Shown here one piece after another: positions 48,571 to 64,000 of a stretch of 64,000 nt of DNA (position 1 is the first letter of the stretch; the number at the start of each line of letters is the position of its first letter). The DNA lies in assembly GCA_964016885.1 (NCBI GenBank), contig OZ024743.1:120900001-120964000 (forward strand), in the 5' to 3' direction. The DNA is from Eledone cirrhosa (Eukaryota). Position numbers and translations under genes: made by a program. The notes under the pieces are model-generated. The model was not told the origin of the DNA, did not search any database, and saw only the letters and a program-made list of their open reading frames with translations.

Positions 48571-48604
48571 TCGGCTACAGAAAGTTTACCATCAACATTT
48601 ATAT

Positions 48605-48653
<49 letters not shown>

Positions 48654-48692
48654 CAAATATATATATAGTTATATATATATAGGTATATATAT

Positions 48693-49064
48693 GAGCAGAA
48701 GGGATATTTAATTTGTTGGTAATTCAACAAATATATATATTTATAACTGATTCGAAGCACTCGACAAGTTTTCTGGAGTATAATATCAATGATATTAATA
48801 AATGGAAACTATATTTATAAAACCATATTTATTCTATTATATATATTTCAAGGGTACCAAAACTTTGGTACGCTCTCATCAGATAAAATAAAATATCCAG
48901 GAAAAAACTTGAACCGTTAAGATCTCCTTCCTGGATATGTCAATATTTATAAAACTTTGTATTTTATCTAATGGGAGCGTACCAAAGTTTTGGTACCCTT
49001 GAAATATATATAATAGAATAAATATGGTTTTATAAATATAGTTTACATTTATTAATATCATTGA

Positions 49065-49067
<3 letters not shown>
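48693..49067 (-). mobile_element. Fold-back element family C: ~110 bp arms plus ~90 bp tail
   Basis: Arms at 48783-48892 and 48958-49067; the tail at 48693-48782 is homologous to the reverse complement of 35335-35422. Confidence 0.85.
48831..48889 (-). ncRNA. Minimal type I hammerhead ribozyme motif
   Basis: Minus strand reads ATTTTAT-CTGATGA-GAGCGTACCAAAG/TTTTGGTACCCTT-GAAA-TATATA-TA^ATAGAAT. The mirror copy at 48961-49019 has the core mutated to CTAATGG. Confidence 0.78.
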
Positions 49068-49124
<57 letters not shown>

Positions 49125-49993
49125 TATATTCATGTCTGCCGAAATGAACTCAATTGATCACCAAAGACTGCATGAAGCATCCTCAAAAACTAACTTGAAA
49201 TCCTGTTCTACAAAATCCTGTTCATGGGCAGATAAATCATGTGTGGGAACCTACTACATAATTGATATAATTCAACATTATTGTCGATTGAAAGCAACAT
49301 TGATTACATTTCGTGACACCTGGTATAAGTGTGTTTCTCTGTTTCAATCCGAAGATCACCTTATACGAAATATTTATAGATATAAATGTTAATTTGATAA
49401 ATAATTATGAATAGATTATTAGGGACCCTAATGATAAGACATATAATTCGGTTGTAATAGAATAGAATTTTCAGATCAGAAGATTTTTAGTTCTGGGTTT
49501 AAAATTAATGGCAAAATAATAAATAACACATTTGTATAGTCTATAAATCCCCAATATGTGGAGTGTTACAGTTCCCTATCATGTACGAATGAGAAATAAA
49601 AGAACAGTGGATATGAGAAGTAAGTCAAACTTTCAGCGCCAACAACCAGCCTGAGGCACACCAAGATAAGCAGTAATAAAAATGGTATGTATGACACATT
49701 TCATCAATCTTTGCAATTCTATTTCATTGCAAAGAATGTATTCATTCATTTTTTTAAAAATCGGAAATCTTATGGGGGATATCATGATTTTTATGTTGTA
49801 AAAGTTAACCGTAGGCGACACTTCATTGTTTACAGCTAGTTCCTTAAACATACTGCGGAGAACTGTTATGTTACTTTAATCTTTTAAGTCATTTGTGTTT
49901 TATATCTATATTTACAGTTTGAAACAATTCCATTGGCGAATATGTATAAACACATGTAGACACATATATACACACAAAATACACACACACACG

Positions 49994-50027
<34 letters not shown>

Positions 50028-50598
50028 ATTTTAAATTTATAATTTTTATTCCTTTTTCTTAACGGAAAGGAATAAAGGAATATTATTTCAGAAGATATAT
50101 ACACATTATCTGAACTTCAAGCATCCTTAATGGAACGACAGTTTTAGTCACAGCAGACAATTTGCGAATACATATATATATTCTGTGGTTAGATTAGTTA
50201 ATATGTAACCTATTGATCTTCTCTCCGATTGTAGCATGCGGTGAAATTTCCTAGTGTATCCTGTGTTCAATTATAAAAGCCGGTGGATAATTAACAGATA
50301 ATTCTTGAAAGTGATTTAAGGATCAGTAGGCAGTCTTATCAAGTAGCTGGACTAGATATTCTTATATACTAACATAGTTATATATGTTCATATATTTACT
50401 AATCAGAGTAAATATTAACAGCAATAGTAAAATTGATTATGAATTAATTGCTGTTGAATCAGGCATCTAGTGACAATTATGAATTATCTGTTGTTGTCTG
50501 AGTATCAGTCTACCTGTCTTTATCTCTCGCTCATCTTTTCTAAATATAATTACACACACACACAAATAAACACTCACACACACACCTACACACACTAA

Positions 50599-55254
<4,656 letters not shown>

Positions 55255-55454
55255 NNNNNNNNNNNNNNNNNNNNNNNNNNNNNNNNNNNNNNNNNNNNNN
55301 NNNNNNNNNNNNNNNNNNNNNNNNNNNNNNNNNNNNNNNNNNNNNNNNNNNNNNNNNNNNNNNNNNNNNNNNNNNNNNNNNNNNNNNNNNNNNNNNNNNN
55401 NNNNNNNNNNNNNNNNNNNNNNNNNNNNNNNNNNNNNNNNNNNNNNNNNNNNNN
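55255..55454. other. Assembly gap (200 N)
   Basis: Seen directly. Confidence 1.
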
Positions 55455-56261
55455 ATATCCTATTGTCATACATTATATGAAAGTCAATCTTTTGGAATAT
55501 AATGTTTGAACTTTAACTGTGGGACAAGGAAATCTATATAGTTGATTACATCTCTTCAGTATATAACCGATGTAATTTTGTCGTCGATAAGTGTCAATTC
55601 CAGAACGTAAAAAGGGATTACTAAATGTTGAAACAATGATACTCCGCTATTTCTATTACTCTTATAAAACACTTTTACTGTATTGTGTCATTTAAAATAT
55701 TATATTGAACCTCTTATTATTAAAAGAAATAAAGGCAATGCTATTACAATGAGAAATGATATTGTTAACGTTTTATTCGTTTATCACACTATGGATATGT
55801 ATTTGGGGAAGATTAAATTATTGTGCATTATCTTCAGGGACCTTGAATGTGTTGTTTTCTGTTACCAAAATATCCACTTAATTCGGTGATCATTTATCAT
55901 AAAGCAGTCTAATATATGCAAATCGTCATGTGATATACGTTATGATCATACTCAGATGTGAATCTGAATTATTGTCATCTGAAAATATTAATTTAGTTTC
56001 ATATTCGTGAATGCATGCTCGTTCTGTAAAATATTGGTCATTATTAACTCTTTAAAAACTGAATAGCATCAGTTATTATTAACGGATCTGTTTAGTTATC
56101 ATAATAGAACATTGCATTGGAAATACATGTTATGGAGGAGACGTAGAGCAAATCAGAAGGGCGAATAAATTCTATTAGAGCATGTCTGATTTACTAGACA
56201 TAATGTTTGTATCTTACAATTTGTTTATCACTGATTTCTAGTAATAATATTTTATACGATT

Positions 56262-56420
56262 CAATGACAGAGTCGTTAGAACTTCGGGTAAAACTCACAG
56301 TATGTGTTTCGGCTCTCTACATTATGAGTTTGGATCTTGCCGAGGTTAACTTTGCGTTACACCCTTACTGGGTCTGTAATTAAAATATCAATCAAATACT
56401 GGAATCGATGTAATTATTAT
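56262..56420 (+). mobile_element. Diverged SINE family 1, followed by a (TAG)n tract
   Basis: GCCGAGGTTAACTTTGCG..CACCCTTACTGGGTC similar to the family body. Confidence 0.55.
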
Positions 56421-58058
56421 TATCATCATTTGTAGTAGTAGTAGTAGTAGTAGTAGTAGTAATAGTAGTAGTAGTAATAGTAGTAGTAGCAGTAGTAGTA
56501 GTAGTAGTAGCTATTAAATTCAAATAGTACCAGGATCATCTATGCAGTAGAAATAATTTAAAATAATAACCAGTTGCAACATTTCTCTACAAAAGAGGCA
56601 CAATAATACCAACATTATTTTAGTTTTGATTCATTATTGCTGACCTCCGTTGCCTATTTGAATCTCAAAGTGTCATCTTCTGACCTTCCTTTTATATGCC
56701 TTTATTGCTATTATTAATGTTATTATTGATAAAGTCACTTGCCAAACATGTACAATTCCGAAATTATCATTGTTGTCGATCAATATTAATTAGTTTTGCA
56801 TCTTAGGTCATACATTTCTATAAGAGATTTTATAAATAGTTTTATTTGTTTACTCATTGTTTACTTTTCCCTCTGTTTGATCAATTTTATAAGTATTGTT
56901 TCTTTTATTTATTTTATTATTTACATATTTGTACGTTTGCCTCATATAATCAGCAATATAGTTTGAAATATACGCTTCCATGATTTGTTGTCATGGATCT
57001 TACAACTATATACTATGCCTGAAAATTATAGAATCATATGAACAAAATGCTATTCTTAATCTCTTTTTCAGATGTTACTACTGTATTTTATGCATATTTA
57101 TCATTTGCCTTAGTAGTGTTTCTTTTTACATTAATTTATATATTATTAGTACGTTCATGTTTTATCGACCAATGTGAATTGATTTCAAACCCAATGAAAA
57201 CGCTATTTGTAAGATGTATCTAGTCGATGGAGTTGTTTATTTTTATTATAAAAACAAATTCCTGATATGGTTTTCTGATTTCGAATCAACAGAAAATTAA
57301 GGGGAAAAAATGTACAATTAGAATCGAACGTTAAAAAAAGTAATAGACATTATATTTGTGAATACTAATGAGCAACTTCTATATTAAAACCAATATGTAG
57401 AAATCTGGCTGGAATGTTAATGAATTCATCTAACGAACAAAATGATATTGCAATGATAATGTAATATCATTTATTTGAATCATCTAAGAAGTGATAGATT
57501 ATAACAAATTAATTCAGAAATAGTAGTTTATAAACAGGTTTAATTTAGCAAAATGTCTGTAATTATCATAAGTTTATGATCGACAAGCACTACTTCGCTG
57601 AATATGGAAGTTTATATATTCTGTAGGCGTTTTGTGTTTTTGTGGTGATAAGTTTGATGGTCGATTAGAAACAAACATCGATTTACTGAATACTGAAGTT
57701 TATATACTCAGGGGAAAGTTTCTGTACTTTCAATCGAAATTTTGAAACGGTTTAAATATTGAGGATAAAATACTATTCATTTTTAATTTTCGTTCTTTAA
57801 CCATTTTACTAATACAACTTAGAAATATATTATTATGACATTGTAAAATTGGGAAAGTTGTTTCATTCGTTCTATTTACGAGTACTCAAAATTGCTCGTA
57901 GTGGGTGGGAGAGACTTTCAGATAAACAAAAGAAGTCACAAGCAGTCAACAATAATTTGAAGACAAAGAGAGAAGCGGTATTTATAAGTATATATGCTAC
58001 ATCAATGAGATTTTACACGGATAATATGTATTACTAAATATTTTATTTTACGTTTCAG

Positions 58059-58177
58059 GTGCATATTTTTGCCTTAGTATGGTGATGATTACCCTATCCA
58101 CAGTCTTTGCTTGTGTAGTTGCGAATATGTTTTTCCGTGGTGTACGTGTGCATAGAGCACCGTACTGGTTGCGTGCA
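58059..58177 (+). CDS. nAChR-type subunit exon encoding M3 and the start of the intracellular loop: (G)AYFCLSMVMITLSTVFACVVANMFFRGVRVHRAPYWLRA
   Basis: Acceptor ttttacgtttcAG and donor GTAAGT at 58178; 119 nt, phase 1-0. Typical M3 pattern G-x-YF-C..M..I.LS....V.N...R followed by a P-x-W-L-R amphipathic motif. It continues PLI|G from either upstream exon. Confidence 0.92.
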
Positions 58178-58274
58178 GTAAGTATTCTTTCTTATCATAT
58201 TCTGACTTTTTGCCAAATTGTAAATATGCATGGTTTTATGCTTCTGTGACAAATTGTTATTTAAGTATAAGGAG

Positions 58275-58612
58275 AAGGCGTGTGGCTTTGTAGTTAAGGT
58301 ATTCGCCTCACAATCGTTAGGTTGTGAGTTTGATTCCCGGCGGCGTGTTGTGTCCTTGATCAATACACTTTATTTCACGTTGCTCCAATCAAAAATAAGT
58401 TGTACCTGTAATTTCAAGCTGGCCAAAATGAGATGTACCAGTAATTCGAAGGACCAGCCTTGTCACGTTCGGTGTCAAGCTGAATCTCACAGAGAACTAC
58501 GTTAAGGGTACGCGTGTCTGGAATACTCAGCCACTTGCACATTAATTTCATGAGCAGCCTGTTGATCGGATCAATCAGAACACACGTCGTCGTAACCGAC
58601 AGAGATGTCATA
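58275..58612 (+). mobile_element. tRNA-derived SINE with a family-2-like head/CORE and a different 3' part
   Basis: GGCGTGTGGCTTTGTAGTTAAGG..GAGTTTGATTCCCGG..GTGTCCTTGATCAATACACTTTATTTCACGTTGCTCCA. Confidence 0.75.
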
Positions 58613-59927
58613 AGATTGGATTTATTAATTTGCTACAAATCGATGTGTACGGTATGGTGCAAATGTCTAAACTGACCGTTTTATATAACTGTTGCTTGTT
58701 GGTAGTTATCCTTGAGAGAATGGAGACAACACATAGAAATCAGAGGGTTGTGTAATGGCCAAGTTTGAGGAGAACGGAAGACAAGGACAAACAATTGGAA
58801 AACAATGAGAACTAAGCTAAACTAAGCAACAGGACTATCAATAACGCCTGATAGGAAATAGCTCTACCTGGCTAATACTTAAGAAAAGAGAATACAGTTG
58901 AAATAGAAGACAATATACAACAGCACTGGCTAAATAACGGGACTTTTCTTAATTGCACCAATAATTAAAAATTATTCTATAAGTACAGATATAATTAAAT
59001 ACGTTAGACTTAAGACAAAGGCAACTGCCCTATATATACACAGATGAGAGAGAAGCTGGCACCTAGTTTAGACCAGAACATCCCGTAGTTTCGTTTATCT
59101 CCAAACATTGTACATGTGACGAAAGTCCAAGGTTGACGTCACTTGGGATATCTCTGGGTATGATCCGCATTTTCCGTCGCTCCATATATTACGACATCAG
59201 CATGAGGTGATGTGGTGCGTAGCCATTAACCCAGTATATCGCTTCATATCGTCCACGGTTGTGAAGACCATATACACACACAGAATATAGCTCCCCTAGG
59301 CCTCTAACTCATCATATTTACGCACATGAATACCCGCTCCATTTTGGAAAAAAGCAAAACAAAGGTATGTTACTTATCCTTCGGCCTGTCCGACGGAACA
59401 CATCCCGCAAAAAAGAAAGTAATGTCCTTCTTGACATATCTCTCACATTCGTTCATTTTACCGAGAAGCTAGCTCTTTCCAGCGATTCTTTATTACCGGC
59501 CACATCAGGAGGGCTACTACCAAAGTGTATTGTGTGAGGCTTGAATGATGTCAGTATTGTTTTCCTTTGCTAATACGTCTGTCTGCGTAACTGTCATTTT
59601 CTTTCAATCTATTTTTCATTTTAAAATTCTTTGTTAATGTTTCTTTACAAGTGTGGTTAATTTGGAGGTGATTTGTGCAAGCTTTGTTTTGATTAATACT
59701 CAACCTTTTTAATCCAGAAGGAGTGACATCTGGAATAATTAGTAAATTAGCATTTGCAATATATAGAATATGAAATAACTAAAGACAAATCGTATTTTGC
59801 CCCTACAAATAAACAGACCGGATATAAAACTTTCCTAAAGTGTTCTGCCGGCAAAACAATCCAGAAGGAACATGTACAAATGTGGTCATCCTGAATCCCC
59901 CAAGTTGAGGCTTCAGTTTAACGCCAA

Positions 59928-59959
<32 letters not shown>

Positions 59960-59961
<2 letters not shown>

Positions 59962-60146
59962 TGTTTCTACTTTAGGCACAAGGCCAGCAATTACCCAGTA
60001 CATTACTGGTACTTTATTTTATCGACCCCGTAAGGATGAAAGGCAAAGTTAACATCGGCGGAATTTGAACTCAGATCTTAAAGGGACGTAACTATGCTAG
60101 ATAGCATGGCGTCCAACCCTCTACCGATACTGCCAATCAACCACCC

Positions 60147-60147
<1 letters not shown>
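59960..60147 (-). mobile_element. SINE family 1 embedded in (TAA)n
   Basis: Matches the other copies; (TAA)n on both sides. Confidence 0.9.
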
Positions 60148-60187
<40 letters not shown>

Positions 60188-60189
<2 letters not shown>

Positions 60190-62143
60190 CTACCATCACC
60201 TCCACACAAACAACTTGTTACCGGACGAACAGAAAGGATGCCGAAAGAAGTCCCGTGGTACAAAGGACCAGTTACTTATTGATAAGATGGTAATGAGGAA
60301 TTGCAAGAGGAGACACACTGGTCTTGCCATGGGATGGATAGACTACAAAAAGGCATTTGACATGGTGCCTCATTTTGGATCACCAAAAGCCTAGATATCT
60401 TCAAGGTGGCAGATAACATCAGACAGTTGTTGGGCAAAAGTATGAAGTCCTGGAAAACAGAGTTAACATCAGCTGGAGAATCCTTGGGAGGCGTGAAGAT
60501 CAAGAGAGGTATCTCCCAGGGAGATAGTCTGTCCCCTCTGTTGTTTGTCCTTGCCCTGATGCCCCTGACCATTATACTGCGAAAAGTGGGAGCAGGATAC
60601 AAGTTGGGAAAGGGAGAGCTTACCATCAATCACCTCCTCTTCATGGACGATCTTAAGCTCTTCGGGAAGAATGAGAAGGAGTTGGATGTGCTTGTTGACA
60701 CTGTCCGTATTTTCAGCAATGATATATGTATGCAATTTGGTATTAGTAAGTGTGGAGTCCTAGTGATGAAGAGGGTTAAATTGAGCAGAAGCAACGAAAT
60801 CCAGGTACCAACAGGTGAGATGATAAAGGAAATTGACACAAGTATTTGGGTGTTCTGGAGGCTGATGACATCAAGAACAAAAAAATGAAGGAACTGATAA
60901 GAGCTGAATACATTCGAAGAATAAGGAGCGTATTAAAGTCACATCTGAACAGTAGGAATACCATAAGTGCAGTAAATTCCCGAGCTGTGTCCATTATTAG
61001 GTACAGTGCGGGAATTCTGAGATGGAATGTTGCTGAACAAAAAGAAATGGATAGGAAGAATAGGCGGCTATTGACTATCTACAACATGTTCCACAAGAGG
61101 AGTGATGTCGATAGACTCTACTTAAGGAGATCTGAAGGTGGAATAGGTCTTATCAGCATAGAGGACTGTGTTGAGATGGAGAAAAACAACCTACACAAAT
61201 ACGTGACTGATAGTAAGGAGCCAATGCTCAGAATTGTACTGAAGGACAGGACAATAGACCAGGGGATGTCCAAGGAGTAAACAACAACAAGGAGAAATAG
61301 CAGCCTTCATGAAATATCCCTTCATAGAACCTTCTTTGAGAAAACTGAATTCAGAGATCCACAGACATGGAACTGGTTGAAAAGAGGAGACCTTAAAAAG
61401 GCTACAGAAGGAATGCTAACGGCTGCGCAAGAGCAGGCCCTCAAAACGAAGTGGTTGAAACACCATATTTACAAGGAGGAGGCTAGCCCACTGTGCAGGA
61501 TCTGTGGAGAGAGAGAGGAGACTGTGGCTCACATTGTATCCGAGTGTAAACACCTAGCTCAGACTCACTATAAAGGCTAGAGACATGATGTGATGGGGAG
61601 GGTGATCCACTGGCACCTATGCAAAGTAAACAATTTACCACATTCTGATAAGTGGTATGAGCATAAGCCAGAGTCGGTGATAGAAAACGATAAGGTGAAG
61701 GTGCTGTGGGATTTTAGGATACAGACGGACAAGAAACTGGAACACAATAGACCTGACCTGGTGGTTTTGGACAAGGAAAAAAGATCGTGCCTGATTGTGG
61801 ATGTGGCCTGCCCATTCGACACGAGAGTGCAAGAGAAGGAGAGGGAGTAAAATTAACAGATACCAGGACTTAAAGTGGGAGGTAAAAAGGATTTGGAACT
61901 GCCATGAAGTCAAAGTGGTCCGGATTGTCATAGGCGCACTAGGTACTATCTCAAAAAGTTTCCAGGGATGGTTAAAGAAAATTGGCCCCGCCACGCTTTT
62001 TGGAACGCTTCAAAAGGCATGCTTGCTGGGAACAGCAAGAACCCTCCAATACGTCCTGAATATCTGAGGCTGCAGGTAGTGGCTTGATATTCATTTCAAC
62101 AAACTTTCCAGTTAACTAACATCAATGACTGAGACTCAAAGAA
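60188..62143 (+). mobile_element. 5'-truncated R4/Dong-clade (restriction-like endonuclease) non-LTR retrotransposon, disabled
   Basis: RT motifs [26 protein letters not shown] and HLLFMDDLKL; CCHC knuckle CRICGEREETVAHIVSEC; RHD; RPDLVV..VD endonuclease motif. Ends GTARTLQYVLNI*, then a short 3' UTR and (TAA)n. Confidence 0.93.
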
Positions 62144-62144
62144 C

Positions 62145-62176
<32 letters not shown>

Positions 62177-62178
<2 letters not shown>

Positions 62179-63903
62179 CGAGGCTCATATGGCTGTAAGG
62201 ATCAGCTTTTGGTTAATAAAATGATACTGGAAGATTGTCATAATTGACACAAAATTCTATCAATTGCTTGGATAAATTATAAAAAAGCATTCGATAGTTT
62301 GCCACACAGTTGGATTGAAAAATGTTTAGAGATTTTCAAAATATCTCCCGTTGTCAGGAGGTTCCTGTCATTCAGTATGAAGACATGGAAAACGACACTC
62401 CTTTTGAATAGTGATAAACAATCCCTGGAAGCTGGAGAAGTTAATATTAATTGTGGAATTTTTCAGGGTGACTCTTTATCACCGCTTTTATTCTGCATCG
62501 CACTTATACCATTAAGTAAAATGCTCAATGAAACAAAACATGGATATAAAGACTATGACAAAACCATTAATCACTTGTTCTACATGGATGACCTGAAACT
62601 ATTTGCAAAAAAATGATGAACAATTGCAAGGGCTATTATCCACTGTGGAGCAATTCAGTGATGATATTAAAATGGAGTTTGGACTAGATAAATGCGCCAA
62701 AGCAACGTTCACCAGAGGAAAGCTGCTGAAAAGTTCAGACATTAATCTTGATCGGGGGAATGTGATAAGAGAACTTGATCAAGAGGAAACTTACAAATAT
62801 CTAGGTGTTTGTGAAGGAGACGGAATCAAGCACTCGACAATGAGGGAAAGGATAAGGAAGGAATGTTACCGCAGAGTAAGAGCAATCTTAAGAACGGTAT
62901 TGAATGCAAGGAATAGGATCGATGCCATAAACACGCTTGCCATACCAGTAGTAACCTACAGTTCCAATCTCATCAACTAGTCAAGCACAGAGATCCATAG
63001 GCTCGATACACAAATTAGAAAATGTTTAACCATGCACAGTATGCATCACCCTAAGGCAGATACAGATATAATATATCTCCCTAGGAAAGAAGGAGGACGT
63101 GGGTTAATCCTGTTAGATATTGCGTTGAAAACTACAACAATTGGATTATCTACATATCTAAGGGAATCACATGATTGGATGATCAAAGTCGTTTTGAAAC
63201 ATGAAAGCATCAAAAGATTATACTCCATTACAAAGATACAATAATGGACTACAAATTTCAGAAGTCCCATTTACTGCTGAAATGAAAAACACAGAAAAAG
63301 CAAAGCAGGTAAAAGTAACTGCAAAGAAAGAACTGCTACAGAAACTGACTAAGAAATGGCAAGAAAAGCCTCTGTATGGAAAATACCCAGAAAGAGCTAA
63401 CAATCCTGATGTTGACAAAACTTTAACCCATCAGTGGTTGGCATCCTCTGGACTGAAATCGGAGACTGAAGGACTGATTATATCAGCACAAGATCAGTGT
63501 CTGCCAACAAAAAATTACCAAGCCAACATAATAAAAAATGGATGCAACCCATTATGCCGTGTATGTAAAAAACAACCAGAGACCATTGATCATATAATTT
63601 CAATGTGCAGTCCTATAGCTCCAACCGAATACCTAAACAGGCATGACAGAGCTGCACAATACATACATTGGATAATGTGTAAGCAATTTGACCTGCCCCA
63701 TCAAAAGAATTGGTGGAAGCATCAACCACCTCTCAATCTTGTGGAACTTTAGCATCCAAACAGACCGAAAAATAGATGCAAATAGACCTGATATAATACT
63801 GAAGGACTTTAAAAAGAGGGTATGCCTGCTAATTGATATGTCCGTTCCAATAGGCAAGAATGTATCTATAAAAACTTTTGAAAAATTGAGCAAGTATAAG
63901 GAC
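62177..63903 (+). mobile_element. Second, distinct R4/Dong-clade retrotransposon, truncated at both ends
   Basis: GIFQGDSLSPLLF, HLFYMDDLKLF, YKYLG, CRVCKKQPETIDHIISMC, RHD, RPDIIL..ID and EKLSKYKD; stops and frameshifts. Confidence 0.93.
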
Positions 63904-64000
63904 CCATGTGTGTGTATGTATGTTCATTCTTGAACATGGCGGACCTTTTAGTCTCTTGAGGTCACTGGTTGTGACTTGGTGATAACTCGTATGAACATAA

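Noticed and set aside
59040-59560. Next receptor exon or LINE remnant
   Set aside because: No frame resembles the intracellular loop or M4. Only weak LINE-like words (EYSSP) are present, too decayed to call.

Overview
Eukaryotic, very AT-rich animal genomic DNA with a heavy (TA)n/(CA)n microsatellite load. The repeat landscape and the channel sequence suggest a mollusc, probably a coleoid cephalopod (inference). Almost the whole window reads as one ~57.5 kb intron of a + strand Cys-loop (nicotinic acetylcholine receptor-type) subunit gene. Two tandemly duplicated, same-phase M2/M2-M3-loop exons (362-448 and 489-572) lie only 40 nt apart, so they are probably mutually exclusive. Either splices in frame to an M3 exon at 58059-58177, across a 200-N gap at 55255-55454. 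The intron holds decayed LINEs (RTE, CR1-like), a mariner relic, two tRNA-derived SINE families and a 27-bp minisatellite. It also holds a diverse set of fold-back 'palindrome + one-sided tail' elements embedded in (TA)n. These carry minimal type I hammerhead ribozyme cores (CTGANGA-stem II-GAAA-short palindromic stem III), the signature of Penelope-like element ends and retrozymes. Two R4/Dong retrotransposons sit in tandem on (TAA)n after the M3 exon. Nearly all long ORFs in the supplied track are microsatellite artefacts.
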